Below, in pieces: positions 17,028 to 26,125 of a stretch of DNA of 32,000 bases. Source of the stretch: Nanobdella aerobiophila. GTDB lineage: Archaea; Nanobdellota; Nanobdellia; Nanobdellales; Nanobdellaceae. The position numbers were made by a program, and so were the translations under genes. The DNA lies in NCBI RefSeq assembly GCF_023169545.1, contig NZ_AP019769.1, forward strand, positions 390,001 to 422,000, in the 5' to 3' direction. How positions within the stretch are numbered: position 1 is the first letter of the stretch; each line of letters opens with the position of its first letter. The notes under the pieces were generated by a model. That model saw only the letters and a program-made list of their open reading frames with translations. It was not told the DNA's origin and did not search any database.

Positions 17028-18176
17028 TTATTCTTCTAGCTTTATATTTTTCATATATAATATTCTCTTTATATTATCAATATCATGCTCTAATAGTTTT
17101 ATCTTCTCTATCTCAGATGTTATATACTCAAAATTAGTAATATCAATCACATTTTCTATTTTTTGCAACTTACTTGATATCTTATTATAATCATCTACAA
17201 TACTATCTGTTATATCTTTAAAATCGGTTATCTCATATTTTATACTTTCTATATCTCTTTTTAATAAGTTTATTATATTTTCTAAATCATCTATCTTATG
17301 GTTAATAGTAGAAATTTTTTCCAAATCACTTGATTTAGTCCTCATCTCATTTACTATATTCTGTAAATCATTAAATAATCCATATATGTTATTTAATTTA
17401 TTTTCAAAATCTATATATTTTGAATAAAGGTTTTTAAATGATACAATTTCTTTTATATTTTTAATATCTTCATTAGATATACTTTTTAAATAAGAAAAAT
17501 CATTTATATTCTTATCTATATACTCTTTTATATTCTTATTATCCGATATTAACTTATCTATATCTTTCTTCAAATTATATATATCTTTATTTTTTAGGTT
17601 CTCTAATTCTTCCGTTATCTTATTATACAGAACAATATCTTCCAATATCTTATTTATATTGTTTTCTAAGGTTTTAGTTAATTTATTTAAATCATCTTTT
17701 ATCTTAATAAAATCTTTTTTATCTGTATAGTTATCCTCAATATTTTTTATTTTTAGATAAAATTCCTTTATATTATCTTGTAGATCCTTTAATATTTTAT
17801 TATTATCGCTATATCTAGATATTGAATTATTTATATCAATTATTTCACTCTCTAACTTATTCAATTTAGACCTAAGATCTATAATAGAAGTATAATCCAC
17901 AAAATTCTTTTGATTATTCTCCAAAACTTCTAATTTTATAGATATGTCCTGAAGATCTTTTATTTTATTATATAAATCCTCATTTATATATTTTTTATAG
18001 TCTTCTACGATTTTATTTAATTTATCAACTCTATCTTTTATATCATCTATATCTTTATAATATTCTGATCTTTCGAGATAATAACTTAACCTCTTATTTA
18101 ATTCTATAAATTTTTCATTGAGTTTTTTCGTATATAAATAAAACTCATTTACTATATCAAAATCCTTACTATTCAT
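17028..18176 (-). CDS. Long coiled-coil protein (382 aa), function unknown
   Basis: K/E/D/N/I-rich heptad-like sequence throughout. No TM segment and no NTPase motif. Confidence 0.6.
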   Translation of the reverse strand: MNSKDFDIVNEFYLYTKKLNEKFIELNKRLSYYLERSEYYKDIDDIKDRVDKLNKIVEDYKKYINEDLYNKIKDLQDISIKLEVLENNQKNFVDYTSIIDLRSKLNKLESEIIDINNSISRYSDNNKILKDLQDNIKEFYLKIKNIEDNYTDKKDFIKIKDDLNKLTKTLENNINKILEDIVLYNKITEELENLKNKDIYNLKKDIDKLISDNKNIKEYIDKNINDFSYLKSISNEDIKNIKEIVSFKNLYSKYIDFENKLNNIYGLFNDLQNIVNEMRTKSSDLEKISTINHKIDDLENIINLLKRDIESIKYEITDFKDITDSIVDDYNKISSKLQKIENVIDITNFEYITSEIEKIKLLEHDIDNIKRILYMKNIKLEE

Positions 18177-18207
18177 AAATATATTTTCTATACAAAATTT
18201 ATTAAAT

Positions 18208-18522
18208 TTATTTGATGTTAGATTTTTTCAAGATATCCAGATCCTTTTTTATAGATTCCACTTGAAACTCTAGAGCAAATATTTTCTTTTTTATTATATC
18301 TATATCATTAAATCTTCTATTTATGTTTAATAACAGGGTATTTATATTATTTAATAAATTATTATAATCCTCTTTATTATCAAAGATTTTATTTTTTAAT
18401 CTATTATATTTATCTAATATATTATTATTCATGTTTTTGTATTTTTCTAATTCTTCATTCAGAGTTTTTATCTTATTTTCTAGTTCATTAATTATATTCT
18501 CATATTCCTGAATATCATCCAT
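18208..18522 (-). CDS. Small coiled-coil protein (104 aa), function unknown
   Basis: Heptad-like sequence (NELENKIKTLNEELEKYKNM...). The start overlaps the polB stop by 8 nt. Confidence 0.55.
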   Translation of the reverse strand: MDDIQEYENIINELENKIKTLNEELEKYKNMNNNILDKYNRLKNKIFDNKEDYNNLLNNINTLLLNINRRFNDIDIIKKKIFALEFQVESIKKDLDILKKSNIK

Positions 18523-20935
18523 TATTAAAAAAAGATCTTATATCTTTTTGAATCTTTCCTATACTATCTATTGGTATATTTAAAGATTTTAATATGGGTT
18601 CTACGGATGCAATAACTTGTTTATTTATATAATATTCCGGATCATAATTATTATCTTTTACTTCATCTGGTAATCTAACTTTATCTGATATTTTTTCTCC
18701 ACCTTTAACAATGATATATTCTACTATAAATCCCCTATCGACTTTATATCCTCTATCTTTATATTTTTTCGCTGCTATAACGTGCGGTGAAGATACTTCA
18801 TATTCTTTCAAACTTTTTCTTAATTGCTCTCTTAATATAAATTTCTTTAAAGGATATTTATGATTTTTTATATTATTTATAACATCATTTAAATAAACTA
18901 TTATTTCATCTTTCTTATCTTCTAATGCCAATTTTAATATATTTTCTTGTACCTCTCCTGCTATTTCCGACCAGTCTCTTCTAACTACCTCAAAACCTCT
19001 TAATTTTATTGTACCATCTTTAGATAACAAGGCATATTTTTTTCTTGCACCTCCTTCTCCAGATCTTTTTTCTACAAAGATACCAGATAGATAGAAATCC
19101 TCAAATTCCATTTCCAGAGGTCTTGGAAGCAAATTATTTATATCCATTAATAAATCTTGTCCATCTTTTTCATTATTTACAATAACAAATATAGAATCTG
19201 TATCTCCATATATTACCTTATATCCTTTATTTTCTATATAATCTTTAACTTCCATGATGTACTTTCTACCCAATGCTGTTATTGAAGATGCACACTCGAG
19301 ACAATACCATCTAGAATTTGGAAAGCCTAGATAACCATATGTTGAATTAATTATATATTTTAAGGACAACTGTCTACTATCTAGAATTTTATATTCTTCA
19401 GAATCTTTATCTAGACCTTTCATCTTTTTCTTTATCTCAATCCTCTCATTAAATATACTTTCTAATATAGAGGATATAAAACCTTTATTTTTCTTACAAT
19501 ACCATACCTCTAATTTTCCAACACTAGTATCTGCGATAATCTTTTCATTTTTACATTCTTCATGATCACATTTTAATGTATCTGGAGAAATATTATACTT
19601 TATTATTATAGAAGGATATAATGACCTAAAATCATATACAGCTATATTTTTATAAAATCCGGATCTTGGTTGAAATACTATTGCTCCGGAATACGTATAT
19701 TTTTTTCTTAATTCTAAATCATCATATGAAGGCTTATTCGGTATTATCTCATTATTGTCTCTTGATCTTTTTATCAAATAATCTTCTACTAATATTCCAT
19801 ATGTGCTTCCTGATAATTCATATAAAGTTATCCCAGCAAGTCTTGAAATTTCTAACAATATTGATTCAAAATGTTTATACAATTTATATGTTAACTCCAC
19901 ATCTTTTTTATTATATTTAATCAAATAACTATAATCTTTTGTTTTAAATATTATATTATATATCTCATTAAAATTTATATCCAGTTTTTTCTCTCCTAAA
20001 ACTTCACTAGCAATTTCATCTAAAGAATAGGTTTCCGAATTAAATTGAGTAGCGAATATTCCAGAAATAACATTAAATAAATCAAAATTTTGTATACCTA
20101 CAAATTTATATTTTTTAGATGTTTCTCTTTTTTTTGTATATAATATATTTTTATTATCCCAACTAAAACTAAATTTGTAATTTAGCTTCTTTGCCCTTTC
20201 ATATAAAAAATACAGATCAAAATTATTAGAATTATATCCTATTAAGATGTCTGGATCTAACTTTTTTATAACTTCATCTACTTTCTTTAATAATTCTAAT
20301 TCGCTATTAACTTTATACCCTTCATCTGAATTGCCATCTATATATATTGAATAATAATCTTTTCCATCATAAAATGTTATTAAATATATTGGATCTTTTG
20401 ATGGATCTGGGATCGCCTGTTCTGAGACAGTTTCTATATCAAAAGCAACAACTTTAAGATTATATTTTTTATCTATAATTCCTAGATTTTTTTTATATTT
20501 GTAATAATCTATATTTTGATCTTTTTTTATTAATTCTAGATCTAATTCATACCAGTTTAATGGATATATGCTCTGATCTAATTGAAATTTTTTTATTATA
20601 GATATATCTCCTTCTTTCTTTCCAAGAATTTTTCCTTCCATTTTATAACTATCAGCTAATTTTTTCAAATTATCATAATTATCTTGATCTATAATTATTT
20701 TGAATACAGTATACTCTCTGCCTATATATTTTTTCTTTTCTATTTCATACTTTTTTATATATTTTTCATTATCTAATTTATTTTTTATTTCATTTAGGTA
20801 TTTTTCATCTTTTAAAATTAAATATAAATAATAAGGTTGATCGTATTCTATCCTGATCTTTTTTCCATTTTCATCTCTGCCATAAACATAAACTTTCTCT
20901 TTATCATGATCAAAATCTAATATAAATACTTTCAT
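18515..20935 (-). CDS. polB: Family B DNA polymerase (intact, no intein)
   Basis: Exo I VVAFDIET, Exo II YNSNNFDLYFL and Exo III YNKKDVELTYKL. Motif A DFRSLYPSIII, motif B KYIINSTYGYLG and motif C YGDTDS. Confidence 0.95.
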   Translation of the reverse strand: MKVFILDFDHDKEKVYVYGRDENGKKIRIEYDQPYYLYLILKDEKYLNEIKNKLDNEKYIKKYEIEKKKYIGREYTVFKIIIDQDNYDNLKKLADSYKMEGKILGKKEGDISIIKKFQLDQSIYPLNWYELDLELIKKDQNIDYYKYKKNLGIIDKKYNLKVVAFDIETVSEQAIPDPSKDPIYLITFYDGKDYYSIYIDGNSDEGYKVNSELELLKKVDEVIKKLDPDILIGYNSNNFDLYFLYERAKKLNYKFSFSWDNKNILYTKKRETSKKYKFVGIQNFDLFNVISGIFATQFNSETYSLDEIASEVLGEKKLDINFNEIYNIIFKTKDYSYLIKYNKKDVELTYKLYKHFESILLEISRLAGITLYELSGSTYGILVEDYLIKRSRDNNEIIPNKPSYDDLELRKKYTYSGAIVFQPRSGFYKNIAVYDFRSLYPSIIIKYNISPDTLKCDHEECKNEKIIADTSVGKLEVWYCKKNKGFISSILESIFNERIEIKKKMKGLDKDSEEYKILDSRQLSLKYIINSTYGYLGFPNSRWYCLECASSITALGRKYIMEVKDYIENKGYKVIYGDTDSIFVIVNNEKDGQDLLMDINNLLPRPLEMEFEDFYLSGIFVEKRSGEGGARKKYALLSKDGTIKLRGFEVVRRDWSEIAGEVQENILKLALEDKKDEIIVYLNDVINNIKNHKYPLKKFILREQLRKSLKEYEVSSPHVIAAKKYKDRGYKVDRGFIVEYIIVKGGEKISDKVRLPDEVKDNNYDPEYYINKQVIASVEPILKSLNIPIDSIGKIQKDIRSFFNNG

Positions 20936-21261
20936 AATTATTTATTATAGTATATAAATTAAAATTTAATTAAAAATTATTGTATAAAAATTTCTGGCAC
21001 ATTTTCATTTGAAGGATATCCAAAGATCATAACCTACTAAACATACAATACAGCTTCGATTGGATTATAGTTAAGACCCATCTGTGCACTATTTGGTATC
21101 AAAAAGAATATTATCTGGTAATTTGAAAAAGAAACTCCAGAAATAATGGATATATTTTAGTAATATATAAATTTCATTACGGAAGATCTTATCAATTACC
21201 GTATATTAAATATTTTTTCGAATTATCAATAAATTATATCATAATAAAGTATATTGTTAAT

Positions 21262-22107
21262 TTATAATTTTAATTTTAGCTCTACTATATCTTTATCTTC
21301 CAATTTATAGTTTAGTCCACCCCTCGTATACTTGTTATTTCTATATATTTTTGCATAGATAAACTTATCTATCCAATTTTCATTTAATTTTTTTATAAAA
21401 TCCTTTATTATAGCATCTTTATTTAACAATACGCAATGTTCAGAACCTACTGGTTTTACTCTTATATAATCTAATTTTTTAATAATCTCCTCTAATATTT
21501 GATCTATTTTTATATTGTTAAAATCATTATAGTCATTATATATTATTGTATATTCTTTATTATCATATTTATTTAGTTTTATTATCCCTTCAGTAAACTG
21601 ATTTATCCTACTTAATTGTTCTTCTACATTATTTTTATTTAATATAATTATATAATAATCGGATAAAGATAGTATATTTCTAAATCTCCTCTCAAATGTT
21701 GCTGGAATTTCTACAAATTGGTAATATATACAATTGTAAAATAATGTTCCAACTATAGGATTTGTTGTAGAATAGGGTATGTCATTTACATCTACATTTG
21801 CATTTGTAAATTTTTTTAAAAAATAGCTCTTTCCAGAATTTTCTACTCCTAAAATACTAATTAATATATCTCCGTTTTTTTCTATTAATTTTATACCTTT
21901 ATTTCCCTTCTTATTCTTTGATTCTTCTAATAGTGATTCATATTCAGATATTTTTTTATTTATCCAAGCTATTAAATGTTCTGAGCCTTTGTGCTTTGGT
22001 GCGTATTTTAGCATCTCATATAAATATTTTAGTCTTTCTTCATTGGTTCTTGCGCTTTCAAACTTGTTTTTTGCTGCATAAAATTCTGCACCAGCATTAG
22101 TTACCAT
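21262..22107 (-). CDS. DRG/Obg-like GTP-binding protein with divergent G3/G4 motifs
   Basis: N-terminal helical region, then G1 GVENSGKS and G2-like PYSTTNP. G3 is VEIPA instead of DxPG and G4 is LNKNN instead of NKxD. The C-terminal end is TGS-like (KLEDKDIVELKL). Confidence 0.6.
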   Translation of the reverse strand: MVTNAGAEFYAAKNKFESARTNEERLKYLYEMLKYAPKHKGSEHLIAWINKKISEYESLLEESKNKKGNKGIKLIEKNGDILISILGVENSGKSYFLKKFTNANVDVNDIPYSTTNPIVGTLFYNCIYYQFVEIPATFERRFRNILSLSDYYIIILNKNNVEEQLSRINQFTEGIIKLNKYDNKEYTIIYNDYNDFNNIKIDQILEEIIKKLDYIRVKPVGSEHCVLLNKDAIIKDFIKKLNENWIDKFIYAKIYRNNKYTRGGLNYKLEDKDIVELKLKL

Positions 22108-22510
22108 ATATTATATGTAGTTCTTTATTAGAATAAAAAATTACAGGTACCTTTAGTTTTCTCAATATATACCTTAAATTTTTATCTTGAGTACACACTA
22201 TAAAGTCACCAGATAAAGATATATTTACTATTAACCTATCTGTCTTCTCATTGTTTTTATTCGTTTCTATAATATTTATATTATTTTTATTTATATAATC
22301 CAAAACTAATTTATATAGTTTTTTTGACTTCTCAGATCTTGTACTTTTTAATTTGTCCTCTATTTCTATTATATTCTTTCTTAGAGTATATAAACCTACA
22401 TAGTTTATATCTTTTCTATTTAAGAACAACTTTAATTCTTCTATTATATCATAATTATAATAAAAAGGTATAAAAAATACATTAGAATCTATCAATATTT
22501 TATACTGCAT
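22097..22510 (-). CDS. PIN-domain protein (Fcf1/Utp24-like, COG1412)
   Basis: 137 aa with N-terminal KILIDSNVFFIP and C-terminal FIVCTQDKNLRYILRK acidic motifs. It occupies the conserved position immediately downstream of aIF2 gamma, with an 11-nt overlap. Confidence 0.65.
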   Translation of the reverse strand: MQYKILIDSNVFFIPFYYNYDIIEELKLFLNRKDINYVGLYTLRKNIIEIEDKLKSTRSEKSKKLYKLVLDYINKNNINIIETNKNNEKTDRLIVNISLSGDFIVCTQDKNLRYILRKLKVPVIFYSNKELHIIYGN

Positions 22511-23708
22511 TAATTAGTTCTCCAATAGCATATATTTTCCACCTCTTATTTATTTTTCTCAATATTAATACCCTGTCATTTTCATATCCTAATATTGGTC
22601 TTTCTAATTTTATCGTGATCATATTATTTTTTTCCATATTCTTTATTATACCATTTGATATCATATTATAGAGTACTACTGTTATATCTTCTCCTTTTTG
22701 CATCTTTTCACTGCTATTAAATAATTCTTTAATTATTTCATATTTTACCTTTATCTCATTGTATTGGTTTGGTAGTTTATTTTCTAATCCCAACATTTGG
22801 CCAGCTAATGTATCTTCTTTAGTTACAAATGGATCTAAGTTTGTACCAATACCAGCAGTTCCACCGGGTATTATCTCATCAACGTCTATATTCCCTTGTT
22901 TTAGTGAAACTATTTTAGTCTTAATTGGTTTCCATTGATTATCTATAAATAAACCCGGCCTTATTTCTATATTATCATCTTTCTTTAGTTTTCCTTTTAA
23001 TAATGCTCCACCTAATATACCCCCTACCAATTTTTCTATATCTGTTCCTGGTTTATTTATATCAAAAGATCTTGATATCAAAAAGATAGGATCTGAATTT
23101 ATGTCTCTATTATCTTTTTTTATATCTATTAAAGCTTCTAATATATAGTTTATATTTATATTATTTATCGCGGATATAGGTATTATCTTTACATTTTTTA
23201 TATCTATTTCTAATTTTTTTAACAGATCTATTATATCATTATAATTTTTTATAGCTTCTTCTTTTGATACAAGATCTATTTTATTCTGTACAATTATTAA
23301 AGGTTTATTCCCCATATATTTAAATGCAATTAAATGTTCTAATGTTTGTGGTTGTGGCACTGGCTCATTTGCTGCAATAACTAATATAGCTGCATCTACT
23401 ATTGCAGCACCAGTTAGCATTATCATTAATAAACTTTCATGACCTGGTGCATCTACTACAGATATTTTTTTAATTATAGCATTTTCCTTCCCACATATAG
23501 GACATATCTTTTCAGTAAAGTATCCATGATCTTCACATCTATATATAGTAAAATCAGAATATCCTAATTTTATTGTTAATCCTCTTTTTATTTCCTCCGA
23601 ATGTTTTGATAACCACTGGCCTGTTAATGCTTTTGCTAAAGTTGTTTTTCCATGATCTACATGTCCCAAAATTATAATAGATAAATCAGGATATATTATT
23701 TGATCCAT
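22500..23708 (-). CDS. eif2g: Translation initiation factor aIF2 gamma
   Basis: G1 GHVDHGKTTL, G3 DAPGHE, G4 QNKIDL and the zinc knuckle CEDHG..CPICG, followed by beta-barrel domains II and III. Confidence 0.95.
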   Translation of the reverse strand: MDQIIYPDLSIIILGHVDHGKTTLAKALTGQWLSKHSEEIKRGLTIKLGYSDFTIYRCEDHGYFTEKICPICGKENAIIKKISVVDAPGHESLLMIMLTGAAIVDAAILVIAANEPVPQPQTLEHLIAFKYMGNKPLIIVQNKIDLVSKEEAIKNYNDIIDLLKKLEIDIKNVKIIPISAINNININYILEALIDIKKDNRDINSDPIFLISRSFDINKPGTDIEKLVGGILGGALLKGKLKKDDNIEIRPGLFIDNQWKPIKTKIVSLKQGNIDVDEIIPGGTAGIGTNLDPFVTKEDTLAGQMLGLENKLPNQYNEIKVKYEIIKELFNSSEKMQKGEDITVVLYNMISNGIIKNMEKNNMITIKLERPILGYENDRVLILRKINKRWKIYAIGELINAV

Positions 23709-23752
23709 CTTTAAAAGATTATTAAAAAGGATTAAAAATTTATTTTATTTAT

Positions 23753-25297
23753 TTAACTAAACTTATATATTGTTTTATCTCCAGAATCCAATAACTCTAT
23801 ACCTAGCTCTTTTAATCTATTCCTTATTTTATCAGATAAATTATATAGTCTATTATCTCTTAAATCTTTTCTAATATCTATTAGTAGGTTTATTATCTGA
23901 TTAATATTATTATCCTTATTATTACAAAATATATTTTCCCATAAACCATAGATTATCGATGCATTTTTATAAAATTCATACGCTTTATAATATAAAGTAA
24001 ATATATTTGAGTTTATTACATATCTATTTATATATTTTGTAAGCTCTAATAATGTTACAGTAGCTTTTCCTATATTAAAGTCATCTCTAAGATTATCAAT
24101 AAATTCTTTTTCATATTTTAACATATTATTAAATATCTCTATATTTTTTTGATCTAAATAAAACGTCCTTTCTAAATTACCTATATTAGATACTATTATT
24201 TTTATTGTAGATTCTATATAATTATAATTCTTCTTCGCTTGCTCTATACTATCCTCATTTACATCTATAGGTTCTCTATAATGATATGATGCAAAATAAA
24301 ATCTCACAATTTCTGGTCCATACTTATCTATAAAATCTTTTGCAGGTATTATATTTTTCAATGATTTCGACATTTTTTCACCTTTTATTTTTAATAATCC
24401 AACATGTATCCAATATTTCACCCATGGATTTATATTAAATCTAGCTTCTGATTGTGCAATTTCATTTTCATGATGAGGGAATATGAGATCTTGAGCTCCT
24501 GAATGGATATCAAATTGTTTACCTAGATATCTAGATGACATTGTAGAACATTCGATATGCCAGCCTGGTCTTCCCTCTCCTATTATTGTTTTCCAATATG
24601 GTTCTCCATCCTTCTTAAATTTCCATAGAGCAAAATCATACGGATTTTTCTTATCTTCCAATACATTTGTTTCTTGATCCCAATATTCTTTCTTATTACC
24701 TGATAATTTTCCATAATCTTTATATTTATCTACATCAAAATATATGCTATATTTACCTGTATAAGCATATCCTTTATCAATTAGGTCTTTTACAAACTCA
24801 GATATTTCATTTATATGCTCTGTTACTAATGGATTTATATAAAAAGGTAGATTATTTAATCTTTTTATTTGTTCAAGATGATATCTTATATTATTTCTCG
24901 GTATAGACTGCCAATCTTTGGTAGCCAATTCATTAGCTCTATTTATTATCTTATCATCTATATCTGTAAAATTACTTATTGCTATATCAATATACCCAAA
25001 AAATCGAAGTATTCTTCTTATAATATCTATAGATACCTCGGCCCTTAAATGACCTATATGCGAATAATCATAGGGCGTTATCCCACAATGGTATATTCTT
25101 ACAAAAGGATATTCTATAGGCTCAAATATCTCTTTCTTCTTTGTTAGTGTGTTATATATATAAATTGCACCGATATGAATTTTCCATAAATATTTCTTAT
25201 ATCTAATATTTATAAGTTTGTTATTAGATAGATCATTAATGAAATTAATATTATTTGATATGTTTAGAGACAAAGTTGGAATATTTATATTTATCAT
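23753..25297 (-). CDS. cysS: Cysteinyl-tRNA synthetase (start codon uncertain)
   Basis: YHCGITPYDYSHIGHLR (HIGH), GRPGWHIECSTMS and GEKMSKSLKN (KMSKS). The conserved core begins at IYIYNTLTKKKE (about nt 25170), but the nearest in-frame ATG codons are at 25297 and 25366. Confidence 0.9.
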   Translation of the reverse strand: MININIPTLSLNISNNINFINDLSNNKLINIRYKKYLWKIHIGAIYIYNTLTKKKEIFEPIEYPFVRIYHCGITPYDYSHIGHLRAEVSIDIIRRILRFFGYIDIAISNFTDIDDKIINRANELATKDWQSIPRNNIRYHLEQIKRLNNLPFYINPLVTEHINEISEFVKDLIDKGYAYTGKYSIYFDVDKYKDYGKLSGNKKEYWDQETNVLEDKKNPYDFALWKFKKDGEPYWKTIIGEGRPGWHIECSTMSSRYLGKQFDIHSGAQDLIFPHHENEIAQSEARFNINPWVKYWIHVGLLKIKGEKMSKSLKNIIPAKDFIDKYGPEIVRFYFASYHYREPIDVNEDSIEQAKKNYNYIESTIKIIVSNIGNLERTFYLDQKNIEIFNNMLKYEKEFIDNLRDDFNIGKATVTLLELTKYINRYVINSNIFTLYYKAYEFYKNASIIYGLWENIFCNNKDNNINQIINLLIDIRKDLRDNRLYNLSDKIRNRLKELGIELLDSGDKTIYKFS

Positions 25298-25709
25298 ATT
25301 TTTTATAATATCTATTTTATATATTAGATTTAATTTTCTACCCTTATTACTTGCTCCAATAAGCATAAGGATATTATTATATATATTTGCAATTTTATTT
25401 ACACTAAATTTTTCTTTATTAACATATATAATAATAGTTTACAGGAAATTTTGGAAAGGTAATTTATTATCTTTTATATCCGCTATTTTTGGATTTGTTT
25501 CTGTCCAGGGATGTATACTAGGATGTGGCATAAGTACAATATCAATATTCTTGGCATCTGTAGCTTCTATATTTGGTATATCTGTAATTCAGCTAGGGTA
25601 CAATTTATTAATAATTAGCGATATATTATTTTTTATAAGTATAATATTTATACTAAGAGTAAAGAAGCCCGAAAATAAAAAGTATGTTTTTAAATTGAAA
25701 TTAAAATAA
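25239..25709 (+). CDS. Small polytopic membrane protein, unknown function
   Basis: About 4 hydrophobic segments and a basic C-terminal tail. There is no Met after MFRDK (25260), so the start must be at or before 25260. The stop codon abuts tRNA-Leu. The 5' part is antisense to the extended cysS ORF. Confidence 0.5.
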   Translation: MKLILFDMFRDKVGIFIFIIFFIISILYIRFNFLPLLLAPISIRILLYIFAILFTLNFSLLTYIIIVYRKFWKGNLLSFISAIFGFVSVQGCILGCGISTISIFLASVASIFGISVIQLGYNLLIISDILFFISIIFILRVKKPENKKYVFKLKLK

Positions 25710-25793
25710 GCGGAGGTGTCCGAGAGGCCAAAGGAGATCGGTTGAGGTCCGACTGGTGCAGAACCGCCAGGGGTTCAAATCCCCTCCTCCGCA
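25710..25793 (+). tRNA. tRNA-Leu (anticodon GAG), class II with long variable arm, no encoded CCA
   Basis: Manual cloverleaf. Acceptor GCGGAGG/CCTCCGC, 3-bp D stem, anticodon loop TTGAGGT, variable-arm stem GGTG/CGCC, and T arm AGGGG-TTCAAAT-CCCCT. There is one A-C mismatch at the base of the anticodon stem. Confidence 0.9.
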
Positions 25794-25879
25794 ATTTTAA
25801 AACTTTTTTATTATTAGGGAATAAGACAGAAAGATAATCTATGAAAAGTTGATTTATTAATAATATGTTTATATTTGGG

Positions 25880-25895
25880 CATGAAGATCTTCATG
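25880..25895. repeat. Perfect 16-bp palindrome CATGAAGATCTTCATG
   Basis: Self-complementary by inspection. It lies in the 212-bp spacer between the convergent tRNA-Leu genes. Confidence 0.9.
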
Positions 25896-26005
25896 ATATT
25901 GAATGATGCAAGATTATTTAGATCAATTATATGGTTATTATGAACTAGATTTGTAGATAGCAAACATCTATTATCTCATTTATTGAAAAATAGAATATTA
26001 AATTC

Positions 26006-26088
26006 TGGACCCGCAGGGATTCGAACCCTGGAAGACTCTCGTCATCTGGACCTGAACCAGACTCCATCGACCACTCGGACACGGGTCC
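26006..26088 (-). tRNA. tRNA-Leu (anticodon CAG), class II, no encoded CCA
   Basis: Reverse complement GGACCCG-TG-TCC..GGA-G-TCTGG-TTCAGGT-CCAGA-(variable arm)-CAGGG-TTCGAAT-CCCTG-CGGGTCC-A. All stems are Watson-Crick. Confidence 0.95.
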
Positions 26089-26125
26089 ATAAATTAATAT
26101 TTTTTAATGAATTATATAATTTTAT

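Noticed and set aside
19666-19920. 84-aa plus-strand ORF
   Set aside because: Antisense to polB.
21184-21191. Recurrent AGATCT-centred palindromes (for example AAGATCTT here, and within 25880-25895)
   Set aside because: AGATCT occurs many times throughout coding regions of the window, so the hexamer itself is not a specific signal.
21918-22100. 60-aa plus-strand ORF
   Set aside because: Antisense to the DRG-like GTPase gene.
24667-24906. 79-aa plus-strand ORF
   Set aside because: Antisense to cysS.
25671-25709. Position-fixed TATA boxes upstream of the four tRNA genes
   Set aside because: TATA-like strings can be found, for example TTATATAA at -31..-24 of tRNA-Leu(CAG) and TTTTTAAA upstream of tRNA-iMet and tRNA-Leu(GAG). 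Their distances differ, however, and in DNA this A+T-rich such matches are not discriminating.
25901-25912. C-box-like AATGATGC in the tRNA-Leu spacer
   Set aside because: The box is imperfect, and no CTGA lies at guide distance on either strand.
25937-25950. 14-mer ATTATGAACTAGAT shared with 30622-30635
   Set aside because: A single 14-nt A+T-rich match between two loci in a window of this composition could arise by chance, and there is no extended similarity around it.
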